NCBI GenBank assembly: GCA_902826215.1
Contig: CADEDY010000007.1
Span: 23,045-87,044, forward strand
Source of the DNA: an uncultured Bacteroidota bacterium
GTDB taxonomy: Bacteria; Bacteroidota; Bacteroidia; Flavobacteriales_F; PHOS-HE28
Reading direction: 5' to 3'
DNA length: 64,000 nt
How positions within the stretch are numbered: position 1 is the first letter of the stretch; every line of letters begins with the position of its first letter. Below, in pieces: positions 12,295 to 21,523 of this stretch. The translations under genes and the position numbers were made by a program. Under the pieces are notes generated by a model. It was not told where the DNA came from. It saw only the letters and a program-made list of their open reading frames with translations, and did not search any database.

Positions 12295-13401
12295 ATGCCC
12301 GCCATGGCCGCTCCTGCTGGACGCCCGCTCCTTCGTCTTCGGGCGTTGCGGTATGCCATTACCTTCATCGTTCCATTAGGAGCTTGGGCGACCTTCACGG
12401 ATAGGGCCATTTCTCCTTGGGTGGTACCAGCATTCAGTTTCGGCCTTGTGCCGCTCTTGGAGTTGCTTCTGCGTGGGAAGCACACCAACCTGAGCGAGGA
12501 CCAAGAACGTGAAGTATTGAAGGATCCGCTTTTCGATGCACTTCTTTACTTATTCGTGCCGCTGCAGTACTTCCTCCTCGCGCTCTTCCTTTTGCGCGTG
12601 CAGCGTGGCGACCTTCCTTCCTTCGATCTTACGGGACACATCTTCACCATGGGGATCCTGTGCGGCGTGTACGGGATCAACGTGGCGCATGAATTGGGAC
12701 ACCGCTCCAAGCGCTGGGAACGCGACCTCGCGCGGGCGCTGTTGTTGAGCAGTTTGTACATGCACTTCATCATCGAGCACAACCGTGGTCATCATCGCCG
12801 GGTGGCCACACCCGACGATCCAGCGAGTGCGCGTTTCGGCGAGTCGGTCTATGCGTTCTGGTTGCGCAGCATGGTATTCAGTTGGCGTTCGGCATGGCAT
12901 ATCGAAGCGGAACGGTTGAAGAAGGCAGGCAGGAAGCCTTTCGGAGCAGGGAATGAAATGACCCATGCCATGCTGTGGCAGATCGGTCTCTGCGTGGTCG
13001 TCGGTACCGTGTTCGGTTGGTCTGCGCTGTTCGCCTTCCTGGGTGCCGCGTTCATCGGCATCCTTCTCCTGGAAACCGTGAACTACATCGAACACTACGG
13101 CCTGCGCAGGCTGAAGACCGCGGGTGGTGGCTACGGCCGCGTGCAACACATCCACAGTTGGAACAGCGATCACCTTGTCGGACGGATCCTCTTGTTCGAG
13201 TTGACGCGTCACAGTGATCACCATTGGAAGGCGAGCAAGAAGTATCAAGTCCTTCAAAGTCTGGACGACGCTCCACAGCTGCCAACGGGCTATCCTGGAA
13301 TGATGCTGGTGAGTTTGGTTCCGCCCCTCTTCTTCGCCATTGTGCATCCGCGCCTTCAGCAGTTGGTCACGGCCAACTCGGAATTGGAATTGGCCCTTTG
13401 A
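12295..13401 (+). CDS. alkB: AlkB-type integral-membrane di-iron hydroxylase (alkane 1-monooxygenase / fatty-acid desaturase superfamily)
   Basis: 368 aa. His boxes HELGHR, EHNRGHH and LTRHSDHH plus NYIEHYGL. Multiple hydrophobic segments. Confidence 0.8.
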   Translation: MPAMAAPAGRPLLRLRALRYAITFIVPLGAWATFTDRAISPWVVPAFSFGLVPLLELLLRGKHTNLSEDQEREVLKDPLFDALLYLFVPLQYFLLALFLLRVQRGDLPSFDLTGHIFTMGILCGVYGINVAHELGHRSKRWERDLARALLLSSLYMHFIIEHNRGHHRRVATPDDPASARFGESVYAFWLRSMVFSWRSAWHIEAERLKKAGRKPFGAGNEMTHAMLWQIGLCVVVGTVFGWSALFAFLGAAFIGILLLETVNYIEHYGLRRLKTAGGGYGRVQHIHSWNSDHLVGRILLFELTRHSDHHWKASKKYQVLQSLDDAPQLPTGYPGMMLVSLVPPLFFAIVHPRLQQLVTANSELELAL

Positions 13402-13499
13402 ACAGAGGGATCTGCTGAATTCTCGTCGAAGATATTCTACAATTGGTCGAAACCTTGAAGCTGAAGTGTACGTAATATCGCACCGCCTAATCACCCGCT

Positions 13500-15017
13500 G
13501 TGAAGGACACCGTTCAAGCTCGATCCCTGACCTCCGAGGTCCGATCCTTCATCGAGGAGCTCTATTCGGCTTTCGAGGACCGGCGCGTTGACCTGCTCCG
13601 GCAGCGGGCTGAGCGGCGTGCCTCGCTGTCTGCAGGTGATGTCGCGCACTTGGATGCGACCACGAATGTCCGCGAAGGGAAATGGCAAGTGGATGAATTG
13701 CCGGAACAAGCGTTGGAACGCCGTGTGGAATTGATCGGCGGCGCGAACCGCTCCGAATTGATCACAGGCCTCAACGCCGGTGCCAAGACCTACATCGCCG
13801 ATCTCTGGAACTTCACTGCACAGGATACATGGAGTATTCTGCGTGCTCACAAGAGCCTTTCGGGAGCGGCCAATCACGACCTCGCCTTCTTGGATGATCG
13901 CGAAGGCCGTGTGCGTGTGAATCCGCGGAGCACGACGCGTTTGATGCTCGCCCCTCGCCCATTGTACGTGCATGAAGGCGCCTTGCAGGTGAACGAAGAA
14001 CCCGTGGCTGCTGGGATCTTCGACACGGCATTCGCATTGGTAAAGCACGGCACTGTTCTGTACGAACGACAAGGGTTCATCGGACTTTACCTGCGCGACG
14101 TGCAAGGGCATTTGGAAGCGCGGCTCTGGTGCCACCTGATCCAACGGATCGAGGAACATTTGGAATTGCCGCGTGGTGCCGTCCGTGCGACCGTCATGAT
14201 CGATACCATTCCGGGCGCACTGGAAGCGGAGGAGATCCTCTTCGAACTGATGCACCACAGCGCTGGCCTTTCCTTGGATCCACAAGGCTACGCGGCGGAT
14301 CACATCGCCTTGTTCCACGGACCGGATCGCGCGGTACTCCCGGATCGTGAATCCATCGGTCTCAATGCTCCATTCCTGCGTGCTTTGAGCTTGAACACTA
14401 TCGGGATCTGCCATCGCCGTGGTTGCCATGCCATGGGTGCACCTTCCTTCATACTCCCCTCCCTTGACCATGATCGGATAAAGACCGAATACCTGGAGAT
14501 GCTGGCCGACAAGGAACGCGAGGCCGTTGATGGACACGACGGCACGCTGGTGGTGCATGAGGACATGGTGAATGCCAGTATGGTGGAGTTCAACAAGAGC
14601 ATGCCACGTGCGCACCAGATGGGTTACCTCCGCAACGATGGGATTACACCGAGTGACCTCATCCGACGACCTGAAGGCAACATCACCGTGGATAGTTTGA
14701 AGAGCATCCTGCGCACCGCATTGCGGAGCTTGATGATGCGCGAAGAGGGCAAGGGGTGGGTCATACAAGGTGGTCGGGTCCACGACCGGTCTTCGCTTCT
14801 ATTGGCGATACGCCTGCTGTGGCAATGGAACCACAGTTCACACGGCATCATCACGGCCACCAACCTGCCCATAACACGCGACCTCATCCCCTTCATGCTG
14901 AAGAAGGAAGCCGACAAGATGTTCGAGGTGAGCGACCCGGTGATCAAGAAACGGGTGGAGCGGGCCAGCGCGTACATCGTGGAACTTGCTACGAGCGAAG
15001 GCGTGCCCATGCTCTGA
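13500..15017 (+). CDS. Malate synthase A-fold protein, divergent paralogue
   Basis: 505 aa, GTG start. Collinear by eye with E. coli AceB: RRVELIGG..AKTYIAD vs RRVEITGP..VKVFMAD; RGAVRATVMIDTIPGALEAEEILFEL vs RGTIKATLLIETLPAVFQMDEILHAL; DGHDGT conserved. Several canonical motifs are altered (see findings). Confidence 0.7.
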   Translation: MKDTVQARSLTSEVRSFIEELYSAFEDRRVDLLRQRAERRASLSAGDVAHLDATTNVREGKWQVDELPEQALERRVELIGGANRSELITGLNAGAKTYIADLWNFTAQDTWSILRAHKSLSGAANHDLAFLDDREGRVRVNPRSTTRLMLAPRPLYVHEGALQVNEEPVAAGIFDTAFALVKHGTVLYERQGFIGLYLRDVQGHLEARLWCHLIQRIEEHLELPRGAVRATVMIDTIPGALEAEEILFELMHHSAGLSLDPQGYAADHIALFHGPDRAVLPDRESIGLNAPFLRALSLNTIGICHRRGCHAMGAPSFILPSLDHDRIKTEYLEMLADKEREAVDGHDGTLVVHEDMVNASMVEFNKSMPRAHQMGYLRNDGITPSDLIRRPEGNITVDSLKSILRTALRSLMMREEGKGWVIQGGRVHDRSSLLLAIRLLWQWNHSSHGIITATNLPITRDLIPFMLKKEADKMFEVSDPVIKKRVERASAYIVELATSEGVPML

Positions 15018-15040
15018 GCCATCCGCTATCTTGGCGACGC

Positions 15041-15313
15041 ATGTCCGATTGGATCCCATTGACCGAACGCCTACCCGCAGATGGTGAGCGGGTGCTCTGC
15101 CACCTTCCCACGAACTCGGTTTTCCTACCTGGAAAGACCGGCGCTACCGAGTTGCGCGATGTGGTGATCCTTCGATTCGCCGAGAATTTCTTCACGAAGA
15201 ACCCGAGCAAGACCGGCTACGTGGGCAGCTCGCACTTCTGGTTGGGCGAAGGGACCAGCAACCGGTACTTCACCGATGTGACGCATTGGATGCCGCTGCC
15301 CAAAGCGCCATAG
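15041..15313 (+). CDS. Small DUF551-like protein
   Basis: 90 aa from the internal ATG at 15041. MSDWIPLTERLPADGERVL...THWMPLPKAP matches the W-I-x-V/L-x-E-x-LP ... HWMPLP pattern of DUF551. Confidence 0.55.
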   Translation: MSDWIPLTERLPADGERVLCHLPTNSVFLPGKTGATELRDVVILRFAENFFTKNPSKTGYVGSSHFWLGEGTSNRYFTDVTHWMPLPKAP

Positions 15314-15321
15314 GCCCAAAG

Positions 15322-15358
15322 AAAAAGGGGGCAAGAGCCGAAGCCCTTGCACCCCTTT
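15322..15358. terminator. Bidirectional hairpin terminator between convergent genes
   Basis: AAAAAGGGGGCAAG-agccgaagcc-CTTGCACCCCTTT: one bulge, A-run on the left and T-run on the right. Confidence 0.5.
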
Positions 15359-15372
15359 CCATCAACACTTTC

Positions 15373-16080
15373 CTACTTCACGATCTCCAGCAATTCCACG
15401 TCGAATACGAGGGTGCTGTTGGGCTTGATCTCACTGCCGGGAGGCGCGCTTGGACCGTAAGCGAGGTCGCTCGGAATGAAGAACTTGAACTTGCTACCAA
15501 CGGGCATCAGTTGGATACCTTCTACCCATCCACGGATCACTTGATTCAGTCCGAAAACGGCTGGCTCACCGCGACGCACAGAGCTGTCGAATTCCGTGGT
15601 GCCGTCGATCAGGGTACCCACATAGTGGACCTTCACCTGATCAGCCTCTGTCGGTTTGGGACCGGTTCCCATGGTGATCACTTCATACTGCAAGCCGCTC
15701 GGCGTGGTAACCACCCCTTTGCGCTTGCCGTTCTCCGCCAAGAACTCTTCTCCAGCAACACGATTGGCTTCGCCTTCCGCTTGTTCAGCAGCCATGCGCT
15801 TGGCCTCCAACTTGCTCATGTAGCTCTGCATCACCGTGCGCAATTGCTCGGCGTCCATCTTCACCGTGCTGTCCATGCCATCCTGAAGACCAGCAGCCAT
15901 CAGGTCCACGTTCAACGAATCCATCTGACCACGCTTGAGGTTGGCGCCGATGTCTGCGCCGATGGCGTAGCTGACGGAATCCAAGGCGGTCTGCATGGTG
16001 CTATTGCGGGCCTTCTGGCCTTGCGAACAAGCGCTGAGGATGGTCATCGCCAGCGCGGCGGAAAGAAATCGAACGGTCAT
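15373..16080 (-). CDS. FKBP-type peptidyl-prolyl cis-trans isomerase lipoprotein (FkpA/Mip-like)
   Basis: 235 aa. Lipoprotein signal MTILSAC. C-terminal FKBP core VHYVGTLIDGTTEFDSS...GWVEGIQLM...LVFDVELLEI. Confidence 0.9.
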   Translation of the reverse strand: MTVRFLSAALAMTILSACSQGQKARNSTMQTALDSVSYAIGADIGANLKRGQMDSLNVDLMAAGLQDGMDSTVKMDAEQLRTVMQSYMSKLEAKRMAAEQAEGEANRVAGEEFLAENGKRKGVVTTPSGLQYEVITMGTGPKPTEADQVKVHYVGTLIDGTTEFDSSVRRGEPAVFGLNQVIRGWVEGIQLMPVGSKFKFFIPSDLAYGPSAPPGSEIKPNSTLVFDVELLEIVK

Positions 16081-16159
16081 TGATCTGTTTATGGGGCGCG
16101 AAGGTAATGGTGCAGACGATCCTGGATCAGGATGCTAAGGATGAATAGGGGTCTTTCCA

Positions 16160-16963
16160 CTAGCCTAGCACCCGCCGCATGAAACGATGATACCGCGCGA
16201 ATCGAGGCAGGTCGCTGTGGTGGCCCTTCGGAAAGGTGACCATCTCCCGGTGGATTTTCGACGGGAGCAATGAATACAAGCGTAGTGCACTGGCATAGGG
16301 CACCACATTGTCGAATTTTCCATGCAGAATGTACACGGGACACTTGATCCGCTTAACGGCAATATCATTCCTGAACGGGTAGCGTAAAAGCAGGCGATAC
16401 GGCAGGATGGGTAAGTAGTTCATCGCCACTTCATATAGGTTGGCGAACGGCGTTTCCAGAATGAGCATTCGTGGGTTGTGCCGCACTGCAACGGGCGTAG
16501 CGAGCCCACCGCCCAGTGAGCGGCCGATCACTACGATGTCACTCGGCGACCAATGCGATGACAAGCGATCGAACCAGAGCGATGCATCGGCGTGCAGTGC
16601 CGCTTCACTCAGCGGCCCACGGCTCTTTCCATACCCACGCGGATCCGGCATCAGCACATCGTAGCCCAGGCGAACGAATCGGCTTGCGAACTTCCCCCAC
16701 CGCCGGACACTACCAGTATTGCCATGGTAATAAAGGATCACACCGCGCGGCTGCGCCGCCTTGAAATACAAGGCGTGCAGTTCAGCGCCATCCTCGGTGT
16801 TGAGGAAGAGCTCCTCGAGTGGCCCTTGGAACTTGTACACATACCTGCGAGCAGTTCGGAACCGAATGAAGATGAACCGCTCCTGGAAGATGGCGTAGAA
16901 CAAGCAGATCCCTGCGTAGGCCGCCGCGACCAACCCCAACGCACCAAGGATCCAGACCAACAT
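16160..16963 (-). CDS. Alpha/beta-fold hydrolase with an N-terminal membrane anchor
   Basis: 267 aa. N-terminal TM helix, HGNTGS oxyanion region, nucleophile elbow GRSLGGG, C-terminal His region. Confidence 0.8.
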   Translation of the reverse strand: MLVWILGALGLVAAAYAGICLFYAIFQERFIFIRFRTARRYVYKFQGPLEELFLNTEDGAELHALYFKAAQPRGVILYYHGNTGSVRRWGKFASRFVRLGYDVLMPDPRGYGKSRGPLSEAALHADASLWFDRLSSHWSPSDIVVIGRSLGGGLATPVAVRHNPRMLILETPFANLYEVAMNYLPILPYRLLLRYPFRNDIAVKRIKCPVYILHGKFDNVVPYASALRLYSLLPSKIHREMVTFPKGHHSDLPRFARYHRFMRRVLG

Positions 16964-17014
16964 GTAGCAAAGGTACCGGGAACGCAGGGCGATCGGTCAT
17001 CTTTGCACGGTCCC

Positions 17015-17617
17015 ATGCGGTCGCTTATCCTCGGTCTTCTTGCCCTCCTATTCCTGCCTTCGGCTGAAGGGCAGGCGGTGGAACGGAAGCATCTGATCAT
17101 CGTTTTCGGAGCCGGTGCGGGAGTGCTACAGTTCAACAGCAACGAACCGGATCTGGAAACTGATGCCATGAAGTGCGGTGCGGTGCGCCTCAATTTCGGC
17201 TATGCCATTTCCGACCGTTGGTCTCTGGGGATCCACTATGACCGTCTCGGTACTTCAGAACATCGGAACTTGGATCGATCGCACGTCACCACCTACATGC
17301 TGGAGACGAGCTATCGACCGTGGACGGGCGAACATGCCGCGCTTGAGATCCATGCAGGGCTTGGTGCCATGGCAGCCGCGCTGTACCCGATCGATGCCCG
17401 CTTGCCTTTCGTGGCAGGTGGTTCCGCGGTCGCATTGGGTGTACGCTACCTGCACTTGATCACACCCACCATCGGGGCATTCACTGCATTCGACCACACG
17501 GCCACGAGCAGCAACGAACTCACCTTGGAGGGCGGTTCGGTGGACCCTTCCGGCACCCCGGTGAAATTGCAGTGGAACGCGCAGCGGATCAGCGCTGGCT
17601 TGTTCGTCCGGTTCTGA
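17015..17617 (+). CDS. Putative outer-membrane beta-barrel protein
   Basis: 200 aa from the internal ATG, giving signal peptide MRSLILGLLALLFLPSAEGQ. Alternating amphipathic strands and a terminal aromatic (..LFVRF). The track ORF start at 16592 overlaps the neighbouring gene and is over-extended. Confidence 0.6.
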   Translation: MRSLILGLLALLFLPSAEGQAVERKHLIIVFGAGAGVLQFNSNEPDLETDAMKCGAVRLNFGYAISDRWSLGIHYDRLGTSEHRNLDRSHVTTYMLETSYRPWTGEHAALEIHAGLGAMAAALYPIDARLPFVAGGSAVALGVRYLHLITPTIGAFTAFDHTATSSNELTLEGGSVDPSGTPVKLQWNAQRISAGLFVRF

Positions 17618-17626
17618 AACGGTCGG

Positions 17627-18394
17627 TCATCCGCGCAGGAATACCCATTCATCCGCTGTACTCTCCGCTTTGGAGAAGCGATAGCCATCGCCGGTGTACC
17701 GCTTCAACGCTTCAGGCTCCATCAACCGATGTTGGATGATGTGCCTTGTCATCGCACCACGCTGCTGCTTGGCGAATACCATCACCATGCGATGACCACC
17801 AGCTCCTTTGTCCTTGAAGACGGGTGTAATGATGCGCGCTCCAAGGACCTTGGGGCGCACGGCCTTGAAATACTCCTGACTAGCGAGGTTGATCACCACG
17901 TTCGATCCGCTTGCGGCCAGGTCCTCTCGAAGCAATTCAGAAATGGAATCTCCCCAGAACGCATAGAGATCCTTCTTGCGCGGAGTCTGCAAAGCAGTGC
18001 CCATCTCGAGCCGGTAGGGTTGCATCAGATCCATCGGCCGCAGAAGGCCATACAGACCACTGAGTATCCGCAGATGGAATTGTGCGAACCGTAGATCATC
18101 CGCGTCAAGCGAATGCACATCCAGTCCACGATACGCCTCCCCGTTGAAGGTGAATGCCGCTGGTCGAGCGTTCTTTCCAGTGAACGGTTGTGACCACTGT
18201 TGGTACCGGTTGTGGTTCAGTTCCGCCAGTTTGGGGCTGATGTCCATCAACTTGGCCAACCGTTTTGCTGAATAGCCGCGCAGCTTATCGATGAGGACCT
18301 GGGAACGATCCAAGGAACGAGGCTGTGTGGCTCCTTTGGTGGTGGACACCGGTGGATCCGCGAGGTCCTTGGCTGGAGAAAGTAGTATGAGCAT
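17627..18394 (-). CDS. yaaA: Peroxide stress protein YaaA (DUF328/UPF0246)
   Basis: 255 aa. Diagnostic N-terminus MLILLSPAKDL and family-typical length. Confidence 0.85.
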   Translation of the reverse strand: MLILLSPAKDLADPPVSTTKGATQPRSLDRSQVLIDKLRGYSAKRLAKLMDISPKLAELNHNRYQQWSQPFTGKNARPAAFTFNGEAYRGLDVHSLDADDLRFAQFHLRILSGLYGLLRPMDLMQPYRLEMGTALQTPRKKDLYAFWGDSISELLREDLAASGSNVVINLASQEYFKAVRPKVLGARIITPVFKDKGAGGHRMVMVFAKQQRGAMTRHIIQHRLMEPEALKRYTGDGYRFSKAESTADEWVFLRG

Positions 18395-18409
18395 GCCGGT
18401 CGAACAGGA

Positions 18410-18844
18410 TCAATGGTTCATCAACAACTCCAATAACAATGCACGGACCTTGATGTGTTCGCTGAACGAGTCGATCCGGTACTCGGTGCGTGCAGTGAAG
18501 TTGATGAATCGGTCCAGGTCACCGGTGACGCCCATGGCCGTGGGCCTACCATGTGTGAACACCATAGCTACATGCGAAAGGTCGCTGATGGTTTGCGGGC
18601 GATGTGGTGCAGGGGCATATTCATCCATCGCTTCACGAACTTGTTCCAATTCCTCCCCTTTCAAGGTCACATGACGCGCATGCGTCTGGTGCATGCGCCA
18701 TGCCATCGCATTGGCCGAGGCACTGGTATACGTTCCCTTTGCCAAGGCATCGAATACATGGACGCTATCGATCTGTTGGGCTTGGATCCCCTGCAACGTA
18801 GCGCAAATGCAGAGCACCAAGGCTATGGAACGCATTAACACCAT
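18410..18844 (-). CDS. Hypothetical secreted protein
   Basis: 144 aa. Signal peptide MVLMRSIALVLCICATLQGIQAQ. No recognisable motif. Lies 15 nt upstream of yaaA. Confidence 0.5.
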   Translation of the reverse strand: MVLMRSIALVLCICATLQGIQAQQIDSVHVFDALAKGTYTSASANAMAWRMHQTHARHVTLKGEELEQVREAMDEYAPAPHRPQTISDLSHVAMVFTHGRPTAMGVTGDLDRFINFTARTEYRIDSFSEHIKVRALLLELLMNH

Positions 18845-18881
18845 CGGTATAACCGCGAAGATATCCCGTTGCCACCCCCGG

Positions 18882-19625
18882 TCATTTCATGCCGCGTTGC
18901 CCTTGGATGGTCTCATAGGCCTCCTGGACCTTCTTGAACTTCTCCCCCGCAGCTTTCTGCACCTCCTCGCCAAGCTGGGCCACCTTGTCCGGATGGAATT
19001 TCATCGCCATGCGACGGTAGGCCTTCTTCACTTCATCATCGGTGGACGTTTCGGGGATCTCCAGGATCTGGTAGGCCGAGGAAGGATCCGCTTTCCTGAA
19101 CATGGCGCTCAGCGAACCGAGGTCCTTGTCGTTGATCCCGAGGTCGAAGGCGATGCGCTTCAATAGGTCGAACTCAGCGCGATCCACCCTTCCATCGGCA
19201 TGGGCCAGGCCAATGAGGTAGTGCAGCAATTGCAAGCGGATCGGATGCGCCATATTGTGGCGGATCTGCAGGCAGACGTCGTGTATCGGGATCTCACGCT
19301 TCAGTACATCGCGCAGAACGATGAGCAACTGCTTAGCTTGCAGGATACCGAACTGTTGCACGAAGAAGCGCCGCACGTGGTCCAACTCCCCTTGCGTCAC
19401 TTTGCCGTCGGCCTTCATCATCGCAGCGATCAGCACGACCAGACTCATGGTGAGATCGCCACCCGTGGTGGCACCTGCGTTCACCCTGCGCTGTTGCACA
19501 GGAGGATCCTCTGGTGGACCTTGGATATGGTCCAACATGGCACCTACCGCAAAACCAAGGATTCCACCGATCGGGCCTCCGAAGGCCCAGCCCAATCCAC
19601 CGCCGATCCACTTACTGAAACTCAT
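18882..19625 (-). CDS. DjlA-like membrane co-chaperone (TerB-like middle domain plus C-terminal J domain)
   Basis: 247 aa. Gly-rich N-terminal TM segment. C-terminal J domain SAYQILEIPETSTDDEVKKAYRRMAMKFHPDKV with an HPD triad. Confidence 0.75.
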   Translation of the reverse strand: MSFSKWIGGGLGWAFGGPIGGILGFAVGAMLDHIQGPPEDPPVQQRRVNAGATTGGDLTMSLVVLIAAMMKADGKVTQGELDHVRRFFVQQFGILQAKQLLIVLRDVLKREIPIHDVCLQIRHNMAHPIRLQLLHYLIGLAHADGRVDRAEFDLLKRIAFDLGINDKDLGSLSAMFRKADPSSAYQILEIPETSTDDEVKKAYRRMAMKFHPDKVAQLGEEVQKAAGEKFKKVQEAYETIQGQRGMK

Positions 19626-19673
19626 TCGTTCAACTGTTGTTCAATTCGGTTCCACATTGCATGCGCGAACCTT

Positions 19674-20216
19674 TCAGAAGAATGTGATCGGGTTCAAATA
19701 GAAGGCTTTCTTCCAGCCTTGGCGATCCGCATCGATCCGCCATGGATAAGGCACCAGTGTTGCAATGCTGTAATGCAAATGCGGCGGTTTGCCCACGGCA
19801 TTGCCGGTGGACCCGACCTTCCCGATCGTCGCTCCACGGCCAACAATGGTCCATGGGTTCGTGCTCACCGCCTGCAAATGGGCATAGTAGTGGACGCGCC
19901 ATTTGGGGCCCAAAACAAGAACCACGTTCCCTCCCATCTTCAGCTGGCCGCAATACAGCACAACTCCTCCTGTGGCTGCGAGGACCGGAGTGCCCTCTTT
20001 GGCGAATAGGTCAACGCCCTTGTGCGTTACAGAACGCCCCCACGGATAGTACCAGAACGACTCCTCATTGTAGCTCGAAGCGTTCGCTCCTTCCACCGGC
20101 ATGCTGAGTTGCTGCGGAATGCAGAAGCCCGCAACCAGGATCACGGTGAAGCCGAGAGCTATCTTTCTGCGTGTGGTCACAACGGTCGATCGGTCATTGG
20201 TCGTTGACGGATCCAT
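19674..20216 (-). CDS. M23 family metallopeptidase (peptidoglycan DD-endopeptidase-like)
   Basis: HKGVDLFA, GTPVLAATGGVV and PHLHYSI motifs. I prefer the ATG at 20216 over the track's TTG at 20258. Confidence 0.8.
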   Translation of the reverse strand: MDPSTTNDRSTVVTTRRKIALGFTVILVAGFCIPQQLSMPVEGANASSYNEESFWYYPWGRSVTHKGVDLFAKEGTPVLAATGGVVLYCGQLKMGGNVVLVLGPKWRVHYYAHLQAVSTNPWTIVGRGATIGKVGSTGNAVGKPPHLHYSIATLVPYPWRIDADRQGWKKAFYLNPITFF

Positions 20217-20273
20217 ATAAGGATCGAATCCTGTGACGATAAGTCGGACGAGGAGCAATTGGAGGTCATTCCA

Positions 20274-21077
20274 TCACCAGCTTCCGCCTGCACCGCCGCC
20301 ACCGAAACTGCCGCCGCCGAACCCACCGAAGCCTCCTCCTCCACCGCCGCCGCTCCATCCACCTCCTCCACCGCCTCCAGTCCATCGACCACTGTGCCGC
20401 TGATCCATCTGGTTCAAGAGCCACATAGCGGTCCAGAAATCGACGTTGTTGGTGCGCGAGTAGCGCCGTACCCGGCCGCGCCAGGAAAGGAAGATGGCAC
20501 CTACGAAGATGACACCGAACACCAGCAAAGGCCATGGAAAGGGCTGCTTGCCGTAGCTCTTCTCGTCGAACTCACCTTTGGCAAGAGCCATCAGCACGTC
20601 CGTGGCTTCGTTCAATCCCCGGTAATAGTTGCCCGCCTTGAAATTCGGGATCACCTCGCGATCCACAACACGCTTCGCCGTGAGATCAGGGATCACTGCT
20701 TCCAGACCGTAGCCCGTGGCGATGAAGACCTTCCGTTCTCCCGGCGTACCATTCGGTTTCACAAGAAGAACGATGCCGTTGTCGAAGCCTGCTTTCCCGA
20801 TACCCCAACGTTCGCCGATGTCGAAGGCGAGGTCCGATTCCGGCAGACCGCATAGCGTATCGACCACGATCACCAGGATCCGGTTGCTGGTTCCGTGTGC
20901 GAACTCCACCAGCTTGGCATTGAGTTGTTGAACTTCAGAAGGTGAAAGGAATTCGGTGTACTGCCAAACCAGTCGGTCCTGCTCACCTGCATTGGGCGGC
21001 GTCAACGCGCAATCGAATTTGGACGCTTGAGCGAGCGAAGAAAGGATCAGGGCGATGAGGGTGATCCAGTTCCTCAT
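20274..21077 (-). CDS. TPM-domain protein (YgcG-like) with a TM segment and a Gly-rich tail
   Basis: 267 aa. Signal peptide, TPM/phosphatase-like domain, TM helix, C-terminal GGGGGGGWSGGGGGGGFGGFGGG low-complexity tail. Confidence 0.8.
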   Translation of the reverse strand: MRNWITLIALILSSLAQASKFDCALTPPNAGEQDRLVWQYTEFLSPSEVQQLNAKLVEFAHGTSNRILVIVVDTLCGLPESDLAFDIGERWGIGKAGFDNGIVLLVKPNGTPGERKVFIATGYGLEAVIPDLTAKRVVDREVIPNFKAGNYYRGLNEATDVLMALAKGEFDEKSYGKQPFPWPLLVFGVIFVGAIFLSWRGRVRRYSRTNNVDFWTAMWLLNQMDQRHSGRWTGGGGGGGWSGGGGGGGFGGFGGGSFGGGGAGGSW

Positions 21078-21523
21078 CGGCTTCCGAAACTGATCTCGTT
21101 CGACAATTCGTTGGTGTCGTCGTGCTTCAACGGAAAGAAAGCCCGCAGCTTCTCGCCCACCATATGGACGGCTTCACTGAGCCCTTCGACCCTGCGCCCG
21201 GCCGCTAGGTGCAACTTGAGCACCGCGATGACGTCGTACCAGAAGTTCGCCGGCACATGGGCGTTGATAGCGGCATCGCCGATCACAGCGACTTTGCGAT
21301 CAACAACGGACAAGTAGATCAGCACGCCGTTCCGATCTCGTGTACGATGCATGCCGAGTTCTTCGAAAACGAAGGCGGCATGGTCCATCACATCGTCCTC
21401 GATATGGTCTTCGAGGTGCACACGGATCTCGCCCGAGGTGCGCAACTCGGCTGCACCTATGGCCTCATGCACCTGCTTGCGCTCGTGCTTGCTCAGAAAG
21501 TCCTCGGCCGCCAGTGCGCTCAC
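21074..21523 (-). CDS. TPM-domain protein (cytoplasmic type)
   Basis: 149 aa. 4-nt overlaps with both neighbours. The LemA-TPM-TPM order is the usual conserved arrangement. Confidence 0.75.
   Translation of the reverse strand: MSALAAEDFLSKHERKQVHEAIGAAELRTSGEIRVHLEDHIEDDVMDHAAFVFEELGMHRTRDRNGVLIYLSVVDRKVAVIGDAAINAHVPANFWYDVIAVLKLHLAAGRRVEGLSEAVHMVGEKLRAFFPLKHDDTNELSNEISFGSR

Noticed and set aside
13491-14783. 430-aa minus-strand ORF
   Set aside because: It is antisense to the malate-synthase-fold gene, whose collinearity with AceB identifies the plus strand as coding.
20274-20400. GGN-rich microsatellite-like DNA
   Set aside because: It encodes the Gly-rich C-terminal tail of the TPM-domain protein. 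The repeat is irregular and in-frame, and it is not a CRISPR array or a non-coding repeat.
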